Assembly: GCA_013416795.1 (NCBI GenBank)
Contig: RQSC01000033.1
Coordinates: 250,583 to 314,582, forward strand
Direction: 5' to 3'
Length of the DNA stretch: 64,000 bases
Origin: Prasinococcaceae sp. CCMP 1430
Taxonomy: Eukaryota; Plantae; Prasinodermophyta
Part shown: positions 9,975-20,649 of the stretch, piece after piece
Numbering within the stretch: the stretch's first letter is position 1
Layout of the letters: each line of letters opens with the position of its first letter
Translations under genes and position numbers: made by a program
The notes under the pieces: model-generated
What the model was told of the DNA's origin: nothing
What the model saw: only the letters and a program-made list of their open reading frames with translations
The model's database searches: none

Positions 9975-11357
9975 TCAGCCGCTGCCGTCGTCGCGCGCCG
10001 CGCCCTCGACCACGGCTGCCGCAGCGCCCGCCAACGCACCGACGCCGCCGCCGACACCCGCGCCGGTTGCTGCGCTGCCCACCCCAGCGGGGTCCACAAA
10101 GAGCACCTTGGAGGAGGGCGCCGCGCCGATGGAGCTCGCGGCCGCGACCCGCAATCTGTCGAGGTAAATCTGCGAAGCCTCGGCCGAGCTCACGCCGAGC
10201 TCATCCGCAAGCTGCTGGATGCCCAGGGCGAGGCCGCTGGCCTCCAGCACGGCCGCCTCCTTCCTGCCCTCGGCCGCCAGGACCTCCGCCTCCGCCTCGG
10301 CCTTCGCTGCCAGCACCGTTGCCTCGGCCTCGGCCTTCGCCTGGACGACCGCGGCCTGGGCGTTGCCTCCCGCCACGTTGACGGCGGCGTCCCGCTTGCC
10401 CTCAGACTCGAGGATGTCCGCCCTCTTGACGCGCTCGGCAGTCATCTGCTTTTCGAGTGCGAGCTTGATGGACTGGTCAGGCAGGATGTCGCGCACCTCC
10501 ACGCGCGTGACGACCAGGCCCCACTGGCCAACGACCTCGTCGAGTTCCGCGAGCAGTGCGGCTCCGAGCGCCGCCCGCGCGGTGAAGGTCTCGTCGAGGG
10601 TGAGCTTCCCCACCGCCCCGCGCAGCTGCGTCAGCACCAGGTTCTCGAGCGCCTGGACGTGATCCTCCACCGCGTACCGCGCGAGCCGGCTGTCGAACAC
10701 CCGGTAGTACACCACCGCGTCTGCGCTGAGCGGCGCGTTGTCGGTCGTGATGCACACCTGCGGCGGCACGTCGAGCACGCGCTCGCGCAGCGAGCACTTG
10801 TAGCTCACGCTCTCGATGAGCGGCACCACGAGGTGCACGCCCGCACCCAGGCGTCTGTTGAACCGCCCGAGTCTCTCCACGAGCTGCTCGCTGCCCTGTG
10901 CGACGATTATCACCGCGCGCGCGACCCAGCCCGCAGCCGCGAACCACAGCACCGAGAGCGGGTCCGCCGCCTCCACGGGGGGGTTGCCCGTGAGAGCGGC
11001 GACGGCAATCGGGAGGGCGAACGCCAGTGCGTACGCCACGGCGTAAAAGGCCGCGGCTGAGAGCACGCACGCCGCGGGGCCGACCCATCTGTTCTGCGGA
11101 AGCTCGAACGCCGGGTCCTGCGACGACAGGGGGTCGTTCAGCACGCGCGGCGTCTTCGGGCCGGCCGCGGGAAAGCCGGGCGGCGTCAGCGGTTGCGGCG
11201 CGGCGTCGCCCGCGGCGTCGTCCACGCTGACGTATTCGAAGGGGTCGTCAGCAATATTGCCCCCGACGCCACCAGCGTCGGCCCCGCCGCCCTCGCCGCC
11301 CGCGTCCGCGCCCTCGCCGCCCTCACCCCTAGACGGTGACCGGCACCGCCGGAGCAT
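9975..11357 (-). CDS. SPFH/band-7 stomatin-like protein with N-terminal extension and TM segment
   Basis: VERLGRFNRRLGAGVHLVVP, PPQVCITTDNAPLSADAVVY, WGLVVTRVEVRDILP and QMTAERVKRADILESEG. First good ATG is at 11357. Confidence 0.9.
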   Translation of the reverse strand: MLRRCRSPSRGEGGEGADAGGEGGGADAGGVGGNIADDPFEYVSVDDAAGDAAPQPLTPPGFPAAGPKTPRVLNDPLSSQDPAFELPQNRWVGPAACVLSAAAFYAVAYALAFALPIAVAALTGNPPVEAADPLSVLWFAAAGWVARAVIIVAQGSEQLVERLGRFNRRLGAGVHLVVPLIESVSYKCSLRERVLDVPPQVCITTDNAPLSADAVVYYRVFDSRLARYAVEDHVQALENLVLTQLRGAVGKLTLDETFTARAALGAALLAELDEVVGQWGLVVTRVEVRDILPDQSIKLALEKQMTAERVKRADILESEGKRDAAVNVAGGNAQAAVVQAKAEAEATVLAAKAEAEAEVLAAEGRKEAAVLEASGLALGIQQLADELGVSSAEASQIYLDRLRVAAASSIGAAPSSKVLFVDPAGVGSAATGAGVGGGVGALAGAAAAVVEGAARDDGSG

Positions 11358-11750
11358 ACCGTGAGCCGTACGTTGAGCACGTCGGCACAGNGCCCGCCCG
11401 GCGTCGCAGCGCGCGCGGCCGCGCGCGGAGGGGCGCCCCGACCCAAAAACCCAAAACGAATCCCCGCGCGCCGATGCGCGGAACGAAACGCCTTCGTTGT
11501 TACAGTGCTTGTTACACCCCGCCACGTCAGCCGCCGCACGCGCCTGCACGTGCGATTTGACCAAAAATACAGACCCTACAAGAGCACAGCGGATTTTGAA
11601 TTCATCTTTGACTCGATTTTCGGAGCGGTGCCATACCCTAAACCCTATTCGATGGAATTTGTTGTTCGTTTGTCGAAGGGGGGGATTCGTTCGAGCTCCC
11701 CCCCCGGCCGGAGAGAAAACGCTCGCAGCGCCTCCTTTGGGTTAGTTAGA

Positions 11751-11940
11751 ATTGTTTGAGGCTTACGGCCTTCCCCCTCATATCTACAGTAGTCCTAAAG
11801 CAACTTTAAAAAACTGCTTAAACTGTAAAGTAAACTCAAATATTTCGATTGTTTGAGGTTTACGGCCTTCCCCTCATATCTACAGCAACTTAAAAAAACT
11901 GTAAAACTGTAAACTCAAATATTATTCCGTAATAATATTT
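11751..11940. repeat. AT-rich imperfect tandem duplication (two copies, 97-nt spacing) ending in a 10-bp inverted repeat
   Basis: Copy 1 at 11751-11844 and copy 2 at 11848-11923 share ATTGTTTGAGG(C/T)TTACGGCCTTCCCC..CATATCTACAG..AAACTCAAATATT. AAATATTATT (11917-11926), CCGT, AATAATATTT (11931-11940) form the inverted repeat. Confidence 0.9.
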
Positions 11941-12342
11941 ACAATCAATGAAGCGCAGCGTGATTTCGATTTCGATCGCGTCGATTCCCGCGGCGCGCCC
12001 CCGCCGGGGGGGCGCGGCGCCGTATCGAATCGCACCCGGAGCGCGCCAGGGCGGCCCCCCCGCGCGCGGTTGGGAGCCCTGGCCCAGGGGCGAGGGCGTG
12101 CCACCGTCCACGATCATGGCATCGCCCTGCCACGTTTCAATGGCCGGTGGGGAGAGCATATCATGACGTCACGCACAGGTCTCCAGCTGCATGCATGCGC
12201 ATGCAGAGCTGCGCGCAGCACCCGCGGCGTTTCATCAAACCCGCGTCCAGCATCCGATGCGGCGCCTGGGTTTGGGTGTCGGTGCGTTTTGATGGCGCCG
12301 CCGGCCCCGCGGGGGCGGCGGCCGCGCGCGCGGGGTCGGAGC

Positions 12343-15324
12343 ATGGGAGCGAGCGATGTCTTCGGGGNNNNNNNNNNNNNNNNNNNNNNNNNNNNNNNNN
12401 NNNNNNNNNNNNNNNNNNNNNNNNNNNNNNNNNNNNNNNNNNNNNNNNNNNNNNNNNNNNNNNNNNNNNNNNNNNNNNNNNNNNNNNNNNNNNNNNNNNN
12501 NNNNNNNNNNNNNNNNNNNNNNNNNNNNNNNNNNNNNNNNNNNNNNGGCGCCGGCGGTGGCCAGGCGCTCGCGGGGCAGCGGGCCGCGCCGCCCTTGGAC
12601 GCGGGCGCGCAGGACGCAGGGAAACTGCAGCACGGGGCGGACGGGCGCGGGCGGCACGGCGAGGCTGGCTCGGACGCGCAACCGTGTGCCGCCACGGCCG
12701 AGAGGGGGCCTCCTTCGGAACGCGCCCCGCGTGCGCTGTTCTCTCCCTTCGCGTACGAAGAGCAAGTGAAGCCGCGCGTCCTCCCCAAGCCCGACGCACT
12801 GAGTCTCACCGACGCGGAGGTCGACCGGGTGCTCGCCGAGCCTGCAGCGATTCAAGTCGACAAGCTGAAGTCTCCCTTCCTCGAGATCTTCGTGGACGCG
12901 CTTGTGAGAAGCATCGAGTCGCCTGCGACGGTACTAAACTCGGCGCGCGCGCAGGCCGGCACGTCCGTGTTCGCGAGCCAGCTAAAGACCGTGGCGGCGA
13001 TGACCAAGGCCGTCACCGCGATGCACTCGCACGACAAGCTCTTGCCCGTGAACGTGCGCGCCCGAGCCAAGCGACTGCTTGGTGGGACGCTTGTTGACGT
13101 TCCTCGCTTGCCCGCCTCCGAGCAGTCCGCCATCGCTGCCAGCATGTTGACGCCCGGGGCCGTCGGCGGGAAGGAGTCCGATACCAGCCTGCAGGCGGCC
13201 CAGGCGGCGGCCGACGCGAAAGAAGACGTGTGCCAGGCGGTCAAAGACGAGCGATCCAAGCGCCGCAAGAGATCGACCAACTGCCCGTCCATCAGCGCGC
13301 CCGTGCCTCGGGCAGGCGAGACTGCCGAAACCTGCGAGGAGCGGCGCTGCGCACGCATCGACGCGAATCGCCAGGCCAGCGCCCAGCGCACGCGGCGCAT
13401 GGCTGACGTGCGGAATACGCTTTCCGACTCATGTCGACTCATGCACCGCGACAAGGGCTTCCTTGAGGACGAACTGGCCTGGCTGAAAGCTAAACACGAG
13501 GCACTCAAGGCGCGAAACGCCGCAGCGGAGGCAGGCATCGCAGAGGCGCAGCGGATCAAACAGTCTGGCACCAACAGAAGCCAGGGTGAGGTGGCCGCAG
13601 AGCTCGAGCTCCGAGTCGGAGACCTGCCCGAGGTCGTTCCCGTCCCCGCTCCACCAGCGCACGTGATCGGCGCGGCCATCATGGGGATGGCAATGCCGGG
13701 GGTGGACGACGGCGGTGAGAGGCCCGGTCCCGCGACCCATGGCGAGCGCCGGCGTCCCAGCGACGGAAGTGGCGTCGCTGCTGCCGCCGGCGACCCGTCG
13801 GGCGCTGCGATCGAGAACCCGAACGGTGCCGCCGCGGGCACGAGCGCCGGCGACAGGAGCGAGCAGGCCAAGGGCGGTGATGCGACTGGGGCCGGAGGCG
13901 AAAGCGCGCAGGCACGTGGTTTGCCAACGGTGATAGGGGTGGACATGGCCGCCTTGAAGGCCAAGGAAGACGCAATGGACGGCGTCACCGAGCAGGAGCA
14001 ACGTGCGCAGTGCGTGTCGATAATGCGACGCGTCCTCACCGAATACCCCAAGGTCCTCATCTACACGCTGCTTGCGACGGCGGCGCAAGAAGGCACCGCT
14101 GCGGGGAAGATCGAAGCGGAGGAGGGTGCCGCGGGGGCTTCAGCTGCTGCGCCAGAGCGCGCTTTCGCGCAGGCGCAGGCGATGGGCGATGCTGAAAAGC
14201 TTTCCCTTGCGGAGTCCCAAATGGGGGCACACATGGACAAACAAATGTTCAGGGAGCGGCTTTTCCGACAGCAGCAGCGGCGGGCTCAGGCCCAGGCCGT
14301 GCAACCATGTTTCGAGCAGCAGCGCAAATGCGTGGTGCCGACGAGCGAGGACATGAAGACGCTGCTGACATCGCTGCAGGCGACCTCGGAGCCGCTCAAT
14401 CCTCAGTTCCTCATGGCCCAACAAACGGTCAGGCATCAGGAGCACCTCACCCGTCAGGAGGCGCAGCTCGCGCAGCAGCAGACGCAGCTCGCACAGTCTC
14501 AGGCGGCTCTTGCAAGCCAGCTGGCGCAGGGGGGACAGCTAGCACAGGGCTCCTCGGAGCAGACGGATCCGGTTTCGTTCGCACAAGACCAGCTCGCACA
14601 AGCGCAGATGCAGCTCCGCCTGGCGCGGCTTCAGCAGCAGACGCAACAGGCACAGTTGCAGCACGCACAACTGCAGCAGTCGCCCCCACGGCTGCAGCAG
14701 CAGCAGCTGCTGCAGCTCCAGTACGCGCAGCTCGAGCAGGCGCAGCAGCAGCTGCAGTTGCAACAGCAGCAACAGACGCAGCAGCAACAACAACAGGTGC
14801 AACTATTACAGCAGCAGCAGCTGCTGCGGCAGCAGCAGCAACAACAACAACAGCAGAAGCAGCTGCTGGAGCAGCAACTGCTCCAGCAGCTGCAGCAGCA
14901 GCAGCCGCAGCCACAGCCGCACCAGCAGCCAAAGGGGCAACTGCAGCCCCTGGCGCTGCCGCAAGAAATGGCACTGCTCCAGAAGGCGCAGGTGCTTGCG
15001 CGGCATTCGTCTCAAGGGCAAGAAACAGGGCAACGCACGGCGCAGCCGATGATGAATCAATTGGAGACCAGTCCGGGTAGGCTGGTGGCGTCCCAAGTGC
15101 ACCCGGGAGGCCAGCCACATGTCAGCATGGGCTTCGACGTGGTGTCTGCATTGCAGCGCGCACAACTGCGCCAGCAGCAGTTGCAGGAACAGCAGCTCCA
15201 GCTGGACGCGCAGGCGCAAGCACAGGCGCAGCAAGCGGCGCTGCTGGAGGCGGGAAATCTCAACCCCAGCTTGGCGCTGGCGAATGCGCTCGCAAAGAGA
15301 CGAAGCGATGGCGTGGGGTGCTGA
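12343..15324 (+). CDS. Large polyQ-rich protein with a bZIP-like region; probable transcription factor
   Basis: One long ORF after the gap carries a basic region plus heptad repeat at 13339-13506 and a Q-rich tail at about 14450-15240. The start is uncertain because of the 12368-12546 gap. Confidence 0.65.
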   Translation: MGASDVFGXXXXXXXXXXXXXXXXXXXXXXXXXXXXXXXXXXXXXXXXXXXXXXXXXXXXXXXXXXXXGAGGGQALAGQRAAPPLDAGAQDAGKLQHGADGRGRHGEAGSDAQPCAATAERGPPSERAPRALFSPFAYEEQVKPRVLPKPDALSLTDAEVDRVLAEPAAIQVDKLKSPFLEIFVDALVRSIESPATVLNSARAQAGTSVFASQLKTVAAMTKAVTAMHSHDKLLPVNVRARAKRLLGGTLVDVPRLPASEQSAIAASMLTPGAVGGKESDTSLQAAQAAADAKEDVCQAVKDERSKRRKRSTNCPSISAPVPRAGETAETCEERRCARIDANRQASAQRTRRMADVRNTLSDSCRLMHRDKGFLEDELAWLKAKHEALKARNAAAEAGIAEAQRIKQSGTNRSQGEVAAELELRVGDLPEVVPVPAPPAHVIGAAIMGMAMPGVDDGGERPGPATHGERRRPSDGSGVAAAAGDPSGAAIENPNGAAAGTSAGDRSEQAKGGDATGAGGESAQARGLPTVIGVDMAALKAKEDAMDGVTEQEQRAQCVSIMRRVLTEYPKVLIYTLLATAAQEGTAAGKIEAEEGAAGASAAAPERAFAQAQAMGDAEKLSLAESQMGAHMDKQMFRERLFRQQQRRAQAQAVQPCFEQQRKCVVPTSEDMKTLLTSLQATSEPLNPQFLMAQQTVRHQEHLTRQEAQLAQQQTQLAQSQAALASQLAQGGQLAQGSSEQTDPVSFAQDQLAQAQMQLRLARLQQQTQQAQLQHAQLQQSPPRLQQQQLLQLQYAQLEQAQQQLQLQQQQQTQQQQQQVQLLQQQQLLRQQQQQQQQQKQLLEQQLLQQLQQQQPQPQPHQQPKGQLQPLALPQEMALLQKAQVLARHSSQGQETGQRTAQPMMNQLETSPGRLVASQVHPGGQPHVSMGFDVVSALQRAQLRQQQLQEQQLQLDAQAQAQAQQAALLEAGNLNPSLALANALAKRRSDGVGC
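12368..12546. other. Assembly gap (N run)
   Basis: 179 consecutive N. Confidence 1.
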
Positions 15325-15548
15325 CTTTCTTCGCCTCTCGGCAGCAGATGGTCATGTACCACCTATTGTACCTGTCCAAGGTCGCTGGGCTTTTGCAGAG
15401 ATTAAAGCGGTTAATTAATGATGGCTATTGTTAAAGCTCGCGGCGAACACAGCAGCGCGACGCCTCGCGCTCACTGCTGCAGCGTTGCGGCGCCGCTGGC
15501 ACCTGCCTAGCAGAGACAGAGGGCTAGCTAGGGGGACTTGCCCAGCCG

Positions 15549-16256
15549 CTAGAGGGTGATGATCATCTCATACCACGTGTCGGTCCCGTGCACGACCTCC
15601 GACCTGCCAACCAGCTCGAAGCCGGCGCTCGCGTAAAACTGCTGCAGATGCTCCTTGCATAGGAGCCGCAGCGTCGCCACACCGCTGCCCTGCGCCGCCG
15701 CTGCGCGCTGTGTCGCTACATACGCCTCCAGCACCTTTGTGCCGATCCTCTCGCGACGCTTGTCTGGGTGCACGCACACCGAGTGGATGCACAGGGCCGC
15801 ACCATTCGGGGTGTGCTCGGACATTGATTGGTGCGTGAGTGGCCCGTCGGGCGCGCGTGTACCGCACACGAAGCCCACGAGCTCGCCCGCGCGCTCGGCG
15901 AGCAGGAAACAGTCGGACGCCGAAGAGGCGCGAAACTTGAGAGACTCAAGGGAGGCTGCCTCGTCCGCGGGATAGGACGCTGCCTGAGGTGGCCACCGCC
16001 GCAGAGAAGACGCGCACAAGCACGCGCGTGCGCGCATGAGCGAGGGTGTCAGCACCAGCGATGGTGGCGGCTAATTCTCTGTTGTGGTGTGCGGGTGGAT
16101 ACTTGGTGAGTGGGTGCGGGGTGGGGTGGGAAGGCACACGCGCTTCTGCGCACCCTCTCTCACCTCAAGCACATGCGCGCTCGCCGCATCTGCGTGCGCG
16201 TCCACAGGTGGCCGGAAGAGGAGCGCGTCCGCCGGCGCAGGCACATACGCCGCCAT
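15549..16256 (-). CDS. GNAT N-acetyltransferase, AANAT/PAA1 (polyamine/arylalkylamine) type; 2 exons
   Basis: Exon 1 is 16256-16164 and exon 2 is 15983-15549, with a GT-AG intron at 16163-15984. Splicing gives HVLE|AASYPADEAAS; also IHSVCVHPDKRRERIG and LLCKEHLQQFYASAGF. Confidence 0.88.
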
Positions 16257-16879
16257 CGCGCGCACGCGAGCGCGCGCGCGGCCGGCGAGGCGAGGAGTGC
16301 CCGCCCTCGAGCGGCACCGCTCGGCCCGCGAGGCCATGCGCCGCCGTGCGTGCGTGTGGTGCGCGGCCGGCGGCGTCGAACAGTACGGTAGCCAGACCAT
16401 GACCGCGGTCGACAGCCCAAGAAGGGCAAGTGCCGCGATGCCGGGTGCGCGTGTGCCAACAAGAAATGTGGCGGCGCGCCGGCGAAACGCCAGTCTAACC
16501 CCGGTCTAATCGCTCGATTTGGAACACGCATGGCAAAGACCCGGTCAGACGGCGTTCGGACCAGGGACAGAAGCCGGAAGACGAGCCGAAGATCCAAGTG
16601 ACCAAAATATCGAAGACTTCGAATTCGAGATTCAACAACATTGGTATCGTGACTTTTCCCGCCCACGCCTCCCCACACCCACGCCCCAGGCGTTTTGACG
16701 GCACCGACCGTCCAAGGTCAGAATGCACGCGCGTTCCGCGGCGGCGGGGCTGGTGCGGGACGCCAAGATCAAATTGAACGTGTTGGGGTGAGGGTGGGAT
16801 TTATCGGGCTAGGGCGAGCGCGCGCGCGCGCGCGCGCGCGGGTGCGCCACAGCGCGCACGCCGCCGCCCACCTGTCGTC

Positions 16880-17949
16880 ATGGCGTCCCCCGATCTTGTG
16901 TGGATGGTGAGGCGGCGCGAGACGCGCGGCGCAAGCGCAGGGGCGGCACGGGCGCGCAGGGGCGGGGGCGGGCGGGGGGGAGGGGGCGACGGCGCGCGCG
17001 CGAATGCTTCCTTTTACTTTTGCCTCCTTTCGCGGGCGGCGGCTCGCGCAAGCGGCTACGCCAGCGGGGTGCCGGCAGCAGCGCCGCCTGGAGGGTGCGG
17101 AGGCGTGCCTTCCTCCGGCGATGTCACGCTCGGTTCGCGTGATCAGCTGCGGCGCTTGGCACGCCCGGCGAAGCTGCGCGCGGCGCGAGTGGCGCCGGCG
17201 GGCGCTCTTGAGCTACGCGCGAAGTGTCGGGCGAGCAGCCTGCACTGCCGTGGGCCCCTTCAAGCGAGTGGCCTGCGCCGCACAGCGCGCCCCCGGCGCC
17301 CAGTACCGGGGCCGGAATGCGACGCGCACGTGCTCGCACCTGCGCACCGCACTGTCCTTTCGAACGTTGCCGATGGCGCAGCCGATTGTGCGCGCGTGGG
17401 GTGCGCCGCTGCGAGCGCGGGCGAGTGCGTCGCAGATTGCTCCGCTGGGCGCCGCTGCGCATCAGGAGGGCGCGCGGGTGGTTGAAGTGCCATGTGCACG
17501 CACGGTCGCACTAGGATGCCTCGCTCGAAGACTGACACCGCACGTGCCGTTCCTCTCCTCGCCCTTGAACGCCCGCCCCACAGCTCACCAAGAAGTACAA
17601 CAGCTTCCTCGTGTCGAAGCGCGACAACTGCAACAAGCGCTCGGGACTCGTGCTCACCGCCGAGCCGTGCAACATCACCGCCAAGCACTCCTTCAAGTAC
17701 AGCGGCCTTGCCAACACCACGGCGTTCGGCATTGACGCGAACGGCACCAAGGTCACCGTCTCGCGCAAGGCCAAGAACCAGGCCAACCCCTCCAAGGGCG
17801 TCAGCAAGCAGGTGTGGGGTGGCCACGGCCGCCGCATGGCCAAGGCCATCGAGGGCCAGACGAAGGCGCGCGCGGACCTGACCAAGGCCGCCAAGGCTAA
17901 GATCACGCAGCTCGCCAAGGCCGCCCGCATTGCCAAGGCGTCGGAGTAA
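16880..17949 (+). CDS. RPL28: 60S ribosomal protein eL28; 2 exons
   Basis: Exon 1 is 16880-16906 (MASPDLVWM) and exon 2 is 17584-17949 (LTKKYNSFLVSKR...TAEPCNITAKHSFKYSGLAN). The 677-nt intron runs GTGAG...ACTGAC...CAG. Confidence 0.93.
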
Positions 17950-18100
17950 TTGGTAGCAGCGTAAATAAGAGTCCTGGGGATCTGTGCGATAAACAGTGCG
18001 GCAAACGCGTCTGGACCCCGGACACGCGCACATGCGAAGCGACGTGGCGGCGGTCGACCGGGGGGGTGCGAACGTTGGCGCAATTCGGCCCTTACGTGCG

Positions 18101-19852
18101 CTATTCCTGCTTCAGCTTGTCGTACTCCGCCTGCTGCAGGAAGCGCGCTTCCACTGCGTTGCCCGAGCACTTGCGCCCGTGCAGGACGCGCTGGGCTGCA
18201 CCCGCCGCCGCCACGTCGTCGTACTCGAGCAGCACCAGACCAGCGCCCTCGCTCTTGCGAGGAATAGTAAGCGCGACGAGGGTGCCGTACTGGCTGCATT
18301 CCTGCTGCATGTCGGCGCACACGTCTGCGTACTCCTCGTCGTCCTTGAGCTCCTCCTCTGTGACCGCGTTCTTGATGCAGAGTATCTTGGACGGCACGCC
18401 AAAGGGCATCGGGCCCACGCCGCCCATCGGCGGCGGCATGCCCACGGGCGGCATTCCGGGCATGCCGGGTGGCATGCCAGGCACGCCCATCGGGCCAGGC
18501 GGGAAGCCAAGCGGGGGCCCACCCATTCTCGGGGGCCCAGCCATGGGTCCCCCCTTGTTGGCGCCCTCTGATGCGCGTCGCACGGTCAGCTTCTTGTCCC
18601 CAACCAGCATGCCATTGAGGCCCTCGCACGCGCCATCCACCACGCTGCGGTCCTCGAAAGTGATGAAGGCGTACCCCTTCGACTGCTGCGTGTCGGGGTT
18701 TTTGATCAGATCGATGGTGGCCAGCTTGCCAAAGGGTTCCACGAGCGACGTGACCTGCTCTTCGGTCAGATAGTACGGCAGCCCACCGATGAAGACGCGG
18801 TCCGGATCGTTCTGCTTCGTGAGCGCTGGGCCGCCCCCGAGGTTGCCCCCCGGCATTGGCCCCGGCATGGGCCCCATGCCCGGGCCAGGCATCGGCATGG
18901 GCATCATCATGGGAGGGGGCATGCCAAACCCCAGGCCGAGGGCGGCGAGGTTGAGTTTCGGATTGGGCCTGCAGGGTCCGAGCGCGGCCGCTTCCTGCTC
19001 CTTGTAATCGTTGGGGCGGCGCACCCGCAGCATGGCGCCCTCGAACTTGATGGCGTCGAGCGCCATCGCGTTTGACGCCTCCTCGACCGTGCGGAACTCG
19101 ACAAATGCGAACGCCTTCTCCCTGTTGAGGTAGACGTTCATGACCGGGTCGGCCTTCTCGTCGATCACGCCATTCACCGCCACCAGCGCGCCGTTGAAAA
19201 AGCTCTTGAGCGTCTCGTCCGTGCACACGGGCGGCAGGCCGCCGACGTACACGCGCCGCGCGTGGCGCGTCTGAAGCTGGTTCTGGATCGGCATCAGGGC
19301 CGGCACGCCCGGAGCACCAATGGCACCGCCCGGGGGTCTCATGCCGGGTGCCGCCATGCCGGCCCCTGGCGGCCCACCCGGGAAGCCCGGCGCCCCCGGC
19401 GGCATGCCCATGCGCTGGGCTGCGGCCTGCCCACCGGAGTTCTGCATAGCGAGGATTTCCGGCGGCGGCTCTGTCATGTCAAAGTACGTCGGTCTTCGGC
19501 GCTTGCGCTCGCTCAGTGGCGGGGGCGACGGGGTGCGCGGTCGGCGCCTGTATCGATCGCGATAGCGATCGTCGTACCCCCTCCCGCGTCCCTCGTAGCC
19601 GTCGTAGCCGCGGTCCGAGGGGTAGCCACGCCCGCGCTCGCGCTCGCGCTCACGCTCGCGGTCACGCTCGCGGTCACGCTCGCGCTCGTAGCCGCGCGGC
19701 GGCGGCGATCTGCTGCGCCTTCGCTCTTCGCCATGCTGCCGGCGCGGATCGGGGCGCTCCGGCAAGCCCGGCGGCCCCGGCAGCGCCGACTTTCCCTCCT
19801 CCACCCCGGGCGCAGCCGCTGCGCCCTGCAAGCCCGCCGCCGGCGCATCCAT
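18101..19852 (-). CDS. U2AF2: Splicing factor U2AF large subunit (U2AF65)
   Basis: RS/RE-rich N-terminus, ULM-like RKRRRPTYFDM, RRM1 (RHARRVYVGGLP...KAFAFVEFR), RRM2 (DRVFIGGLPYYL...SKGYAF) and a UHM (ILCIKNAVTEEEL...DMQQECSQYG). It appears intronless. Confidence 0.95.
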   Translation of the reverse strand: MDAPAAGLQGAAAAPGVEEGKSALPGPPGLPERPDPRRQHGEERRRSRSPPPRGYERERDRERDRERERERERGRGYPSDRGYDGYEGRGRGYDDRYRDRYRRRPRTPSPPPLSERKRRRPTYFDMTEPPPEILAMQNSGGQAAAQRMGMPPGAPGFPGGPPGAGMAAPGMRPPGGAIGAPGVPALMPIQNQLQTRHARRVYVGGLPPVCTDETLKSFFNGALVAVNGVIDEKADPVMNVYLNREKAFAFVEFRTVEEASNAMALDAIKFEGAMLRVRRPNDYKEQEAAALGPCRPNPKLNLAALGLGFGMPPPMMMPMPMPGPGMGPMPGPMPGGNLGGGPALTKQNDPDRVFIGGLPYYLTEEQVTSLVEPFGKLATIDLIKNPDTQQSKGYAFITFEDRSVVDGACEGLNGMLVGDKKLTVRRASEGANKGGPMAGPPRMGGPPLGFPPGPMGVPGMPPGMPGMPPVGMPPPMGGVGPMPFGVPSKILCIKNAVTEEELKDDEEYADVCADMQQECSQYGTLVALTIPRKSEGAGLVLLEYDDVAAAGAAQRVLHGRKCSGNAVEARFLQQAEYDKLKQE

Positions 19853-20649
19853 CGCGCCGCAGCACAGCCGCGGCGGGCGATCGCAGTGTACGTTGGCCAC
19901 GAGGCCAAGGTGACGACGACCGCCGCCGCCCCCCGCCGCCGACCCAAAAAAAAAAAAAAAAGTTGGAAAAACGTACACCCACCGGGTAGGTACATCAAAC
20001 TGCACGTGACGTCTGGCTCGAGCCGGCTCGTTGTTCCTTAGACCCTAGATCTTTTTAGAAGTATGTATTTTGATATATTGATGGTGTTTAGGTTTGACAA
20101 CAAACCTTAAAACCTCACGCCGGTTCGGTTTCGTGTTGTGTGGGGTGGGGTTTGGGACGCGGCGCGCGCGGGACCGGGTGCGGCGCGGCGCTGGCGCGAT
20201 GTTCGCATTTCGCGCGCGCCTTCCGCGCGTTTCGGCGCACCGCCGCGCCGCCAACCGAGGTTTGGAAGAGGTGGCTACATCAAGGCTGTGCTCCATCAAA
20301 GCTTTCGTGTTTTACCGTACAAGTGCCTTTCAGGCGGCGCCCGCTGCTTCCAACCAATCCCCGTTTCCCATTTTCCGTGTATTTCCCTGCGCATTCGCAT
20401 TCGCATTCGCATTCGCGGCGCTTTCGCGGGCGAGCGATCGATTGCCGCCGCCGTCGGCGTCGGCGTCGGCGCCCGGCGGGGAGAGGGGGGCCACACCGCG
20501 CGCGGCGCGCGCCCGGTGGGCTGCGCGCAGGGAGGCGCGGGTGGAGTGGGGGCGGGCCGAAGGGGTGGTTGGGTCGGGCCGGTTTTTGCAGGGCGCGTCC
20601 GCCCTCTGCCGTTCCGCGGCCGGGGCGCGAGCGCGGCCCGGCGCGCGAG

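Noticed and set aside
11580-11720. tRNA-like GTTCGA motif with G/C runs
   Set aside because: No cloverleaf or A-box could be built.
16907-17583. snoRNA in the RPL28 intron
   Set aside because: No RTGATGA/CTGA pair with terminal stem or H/ACA layout was identifiable by eye.
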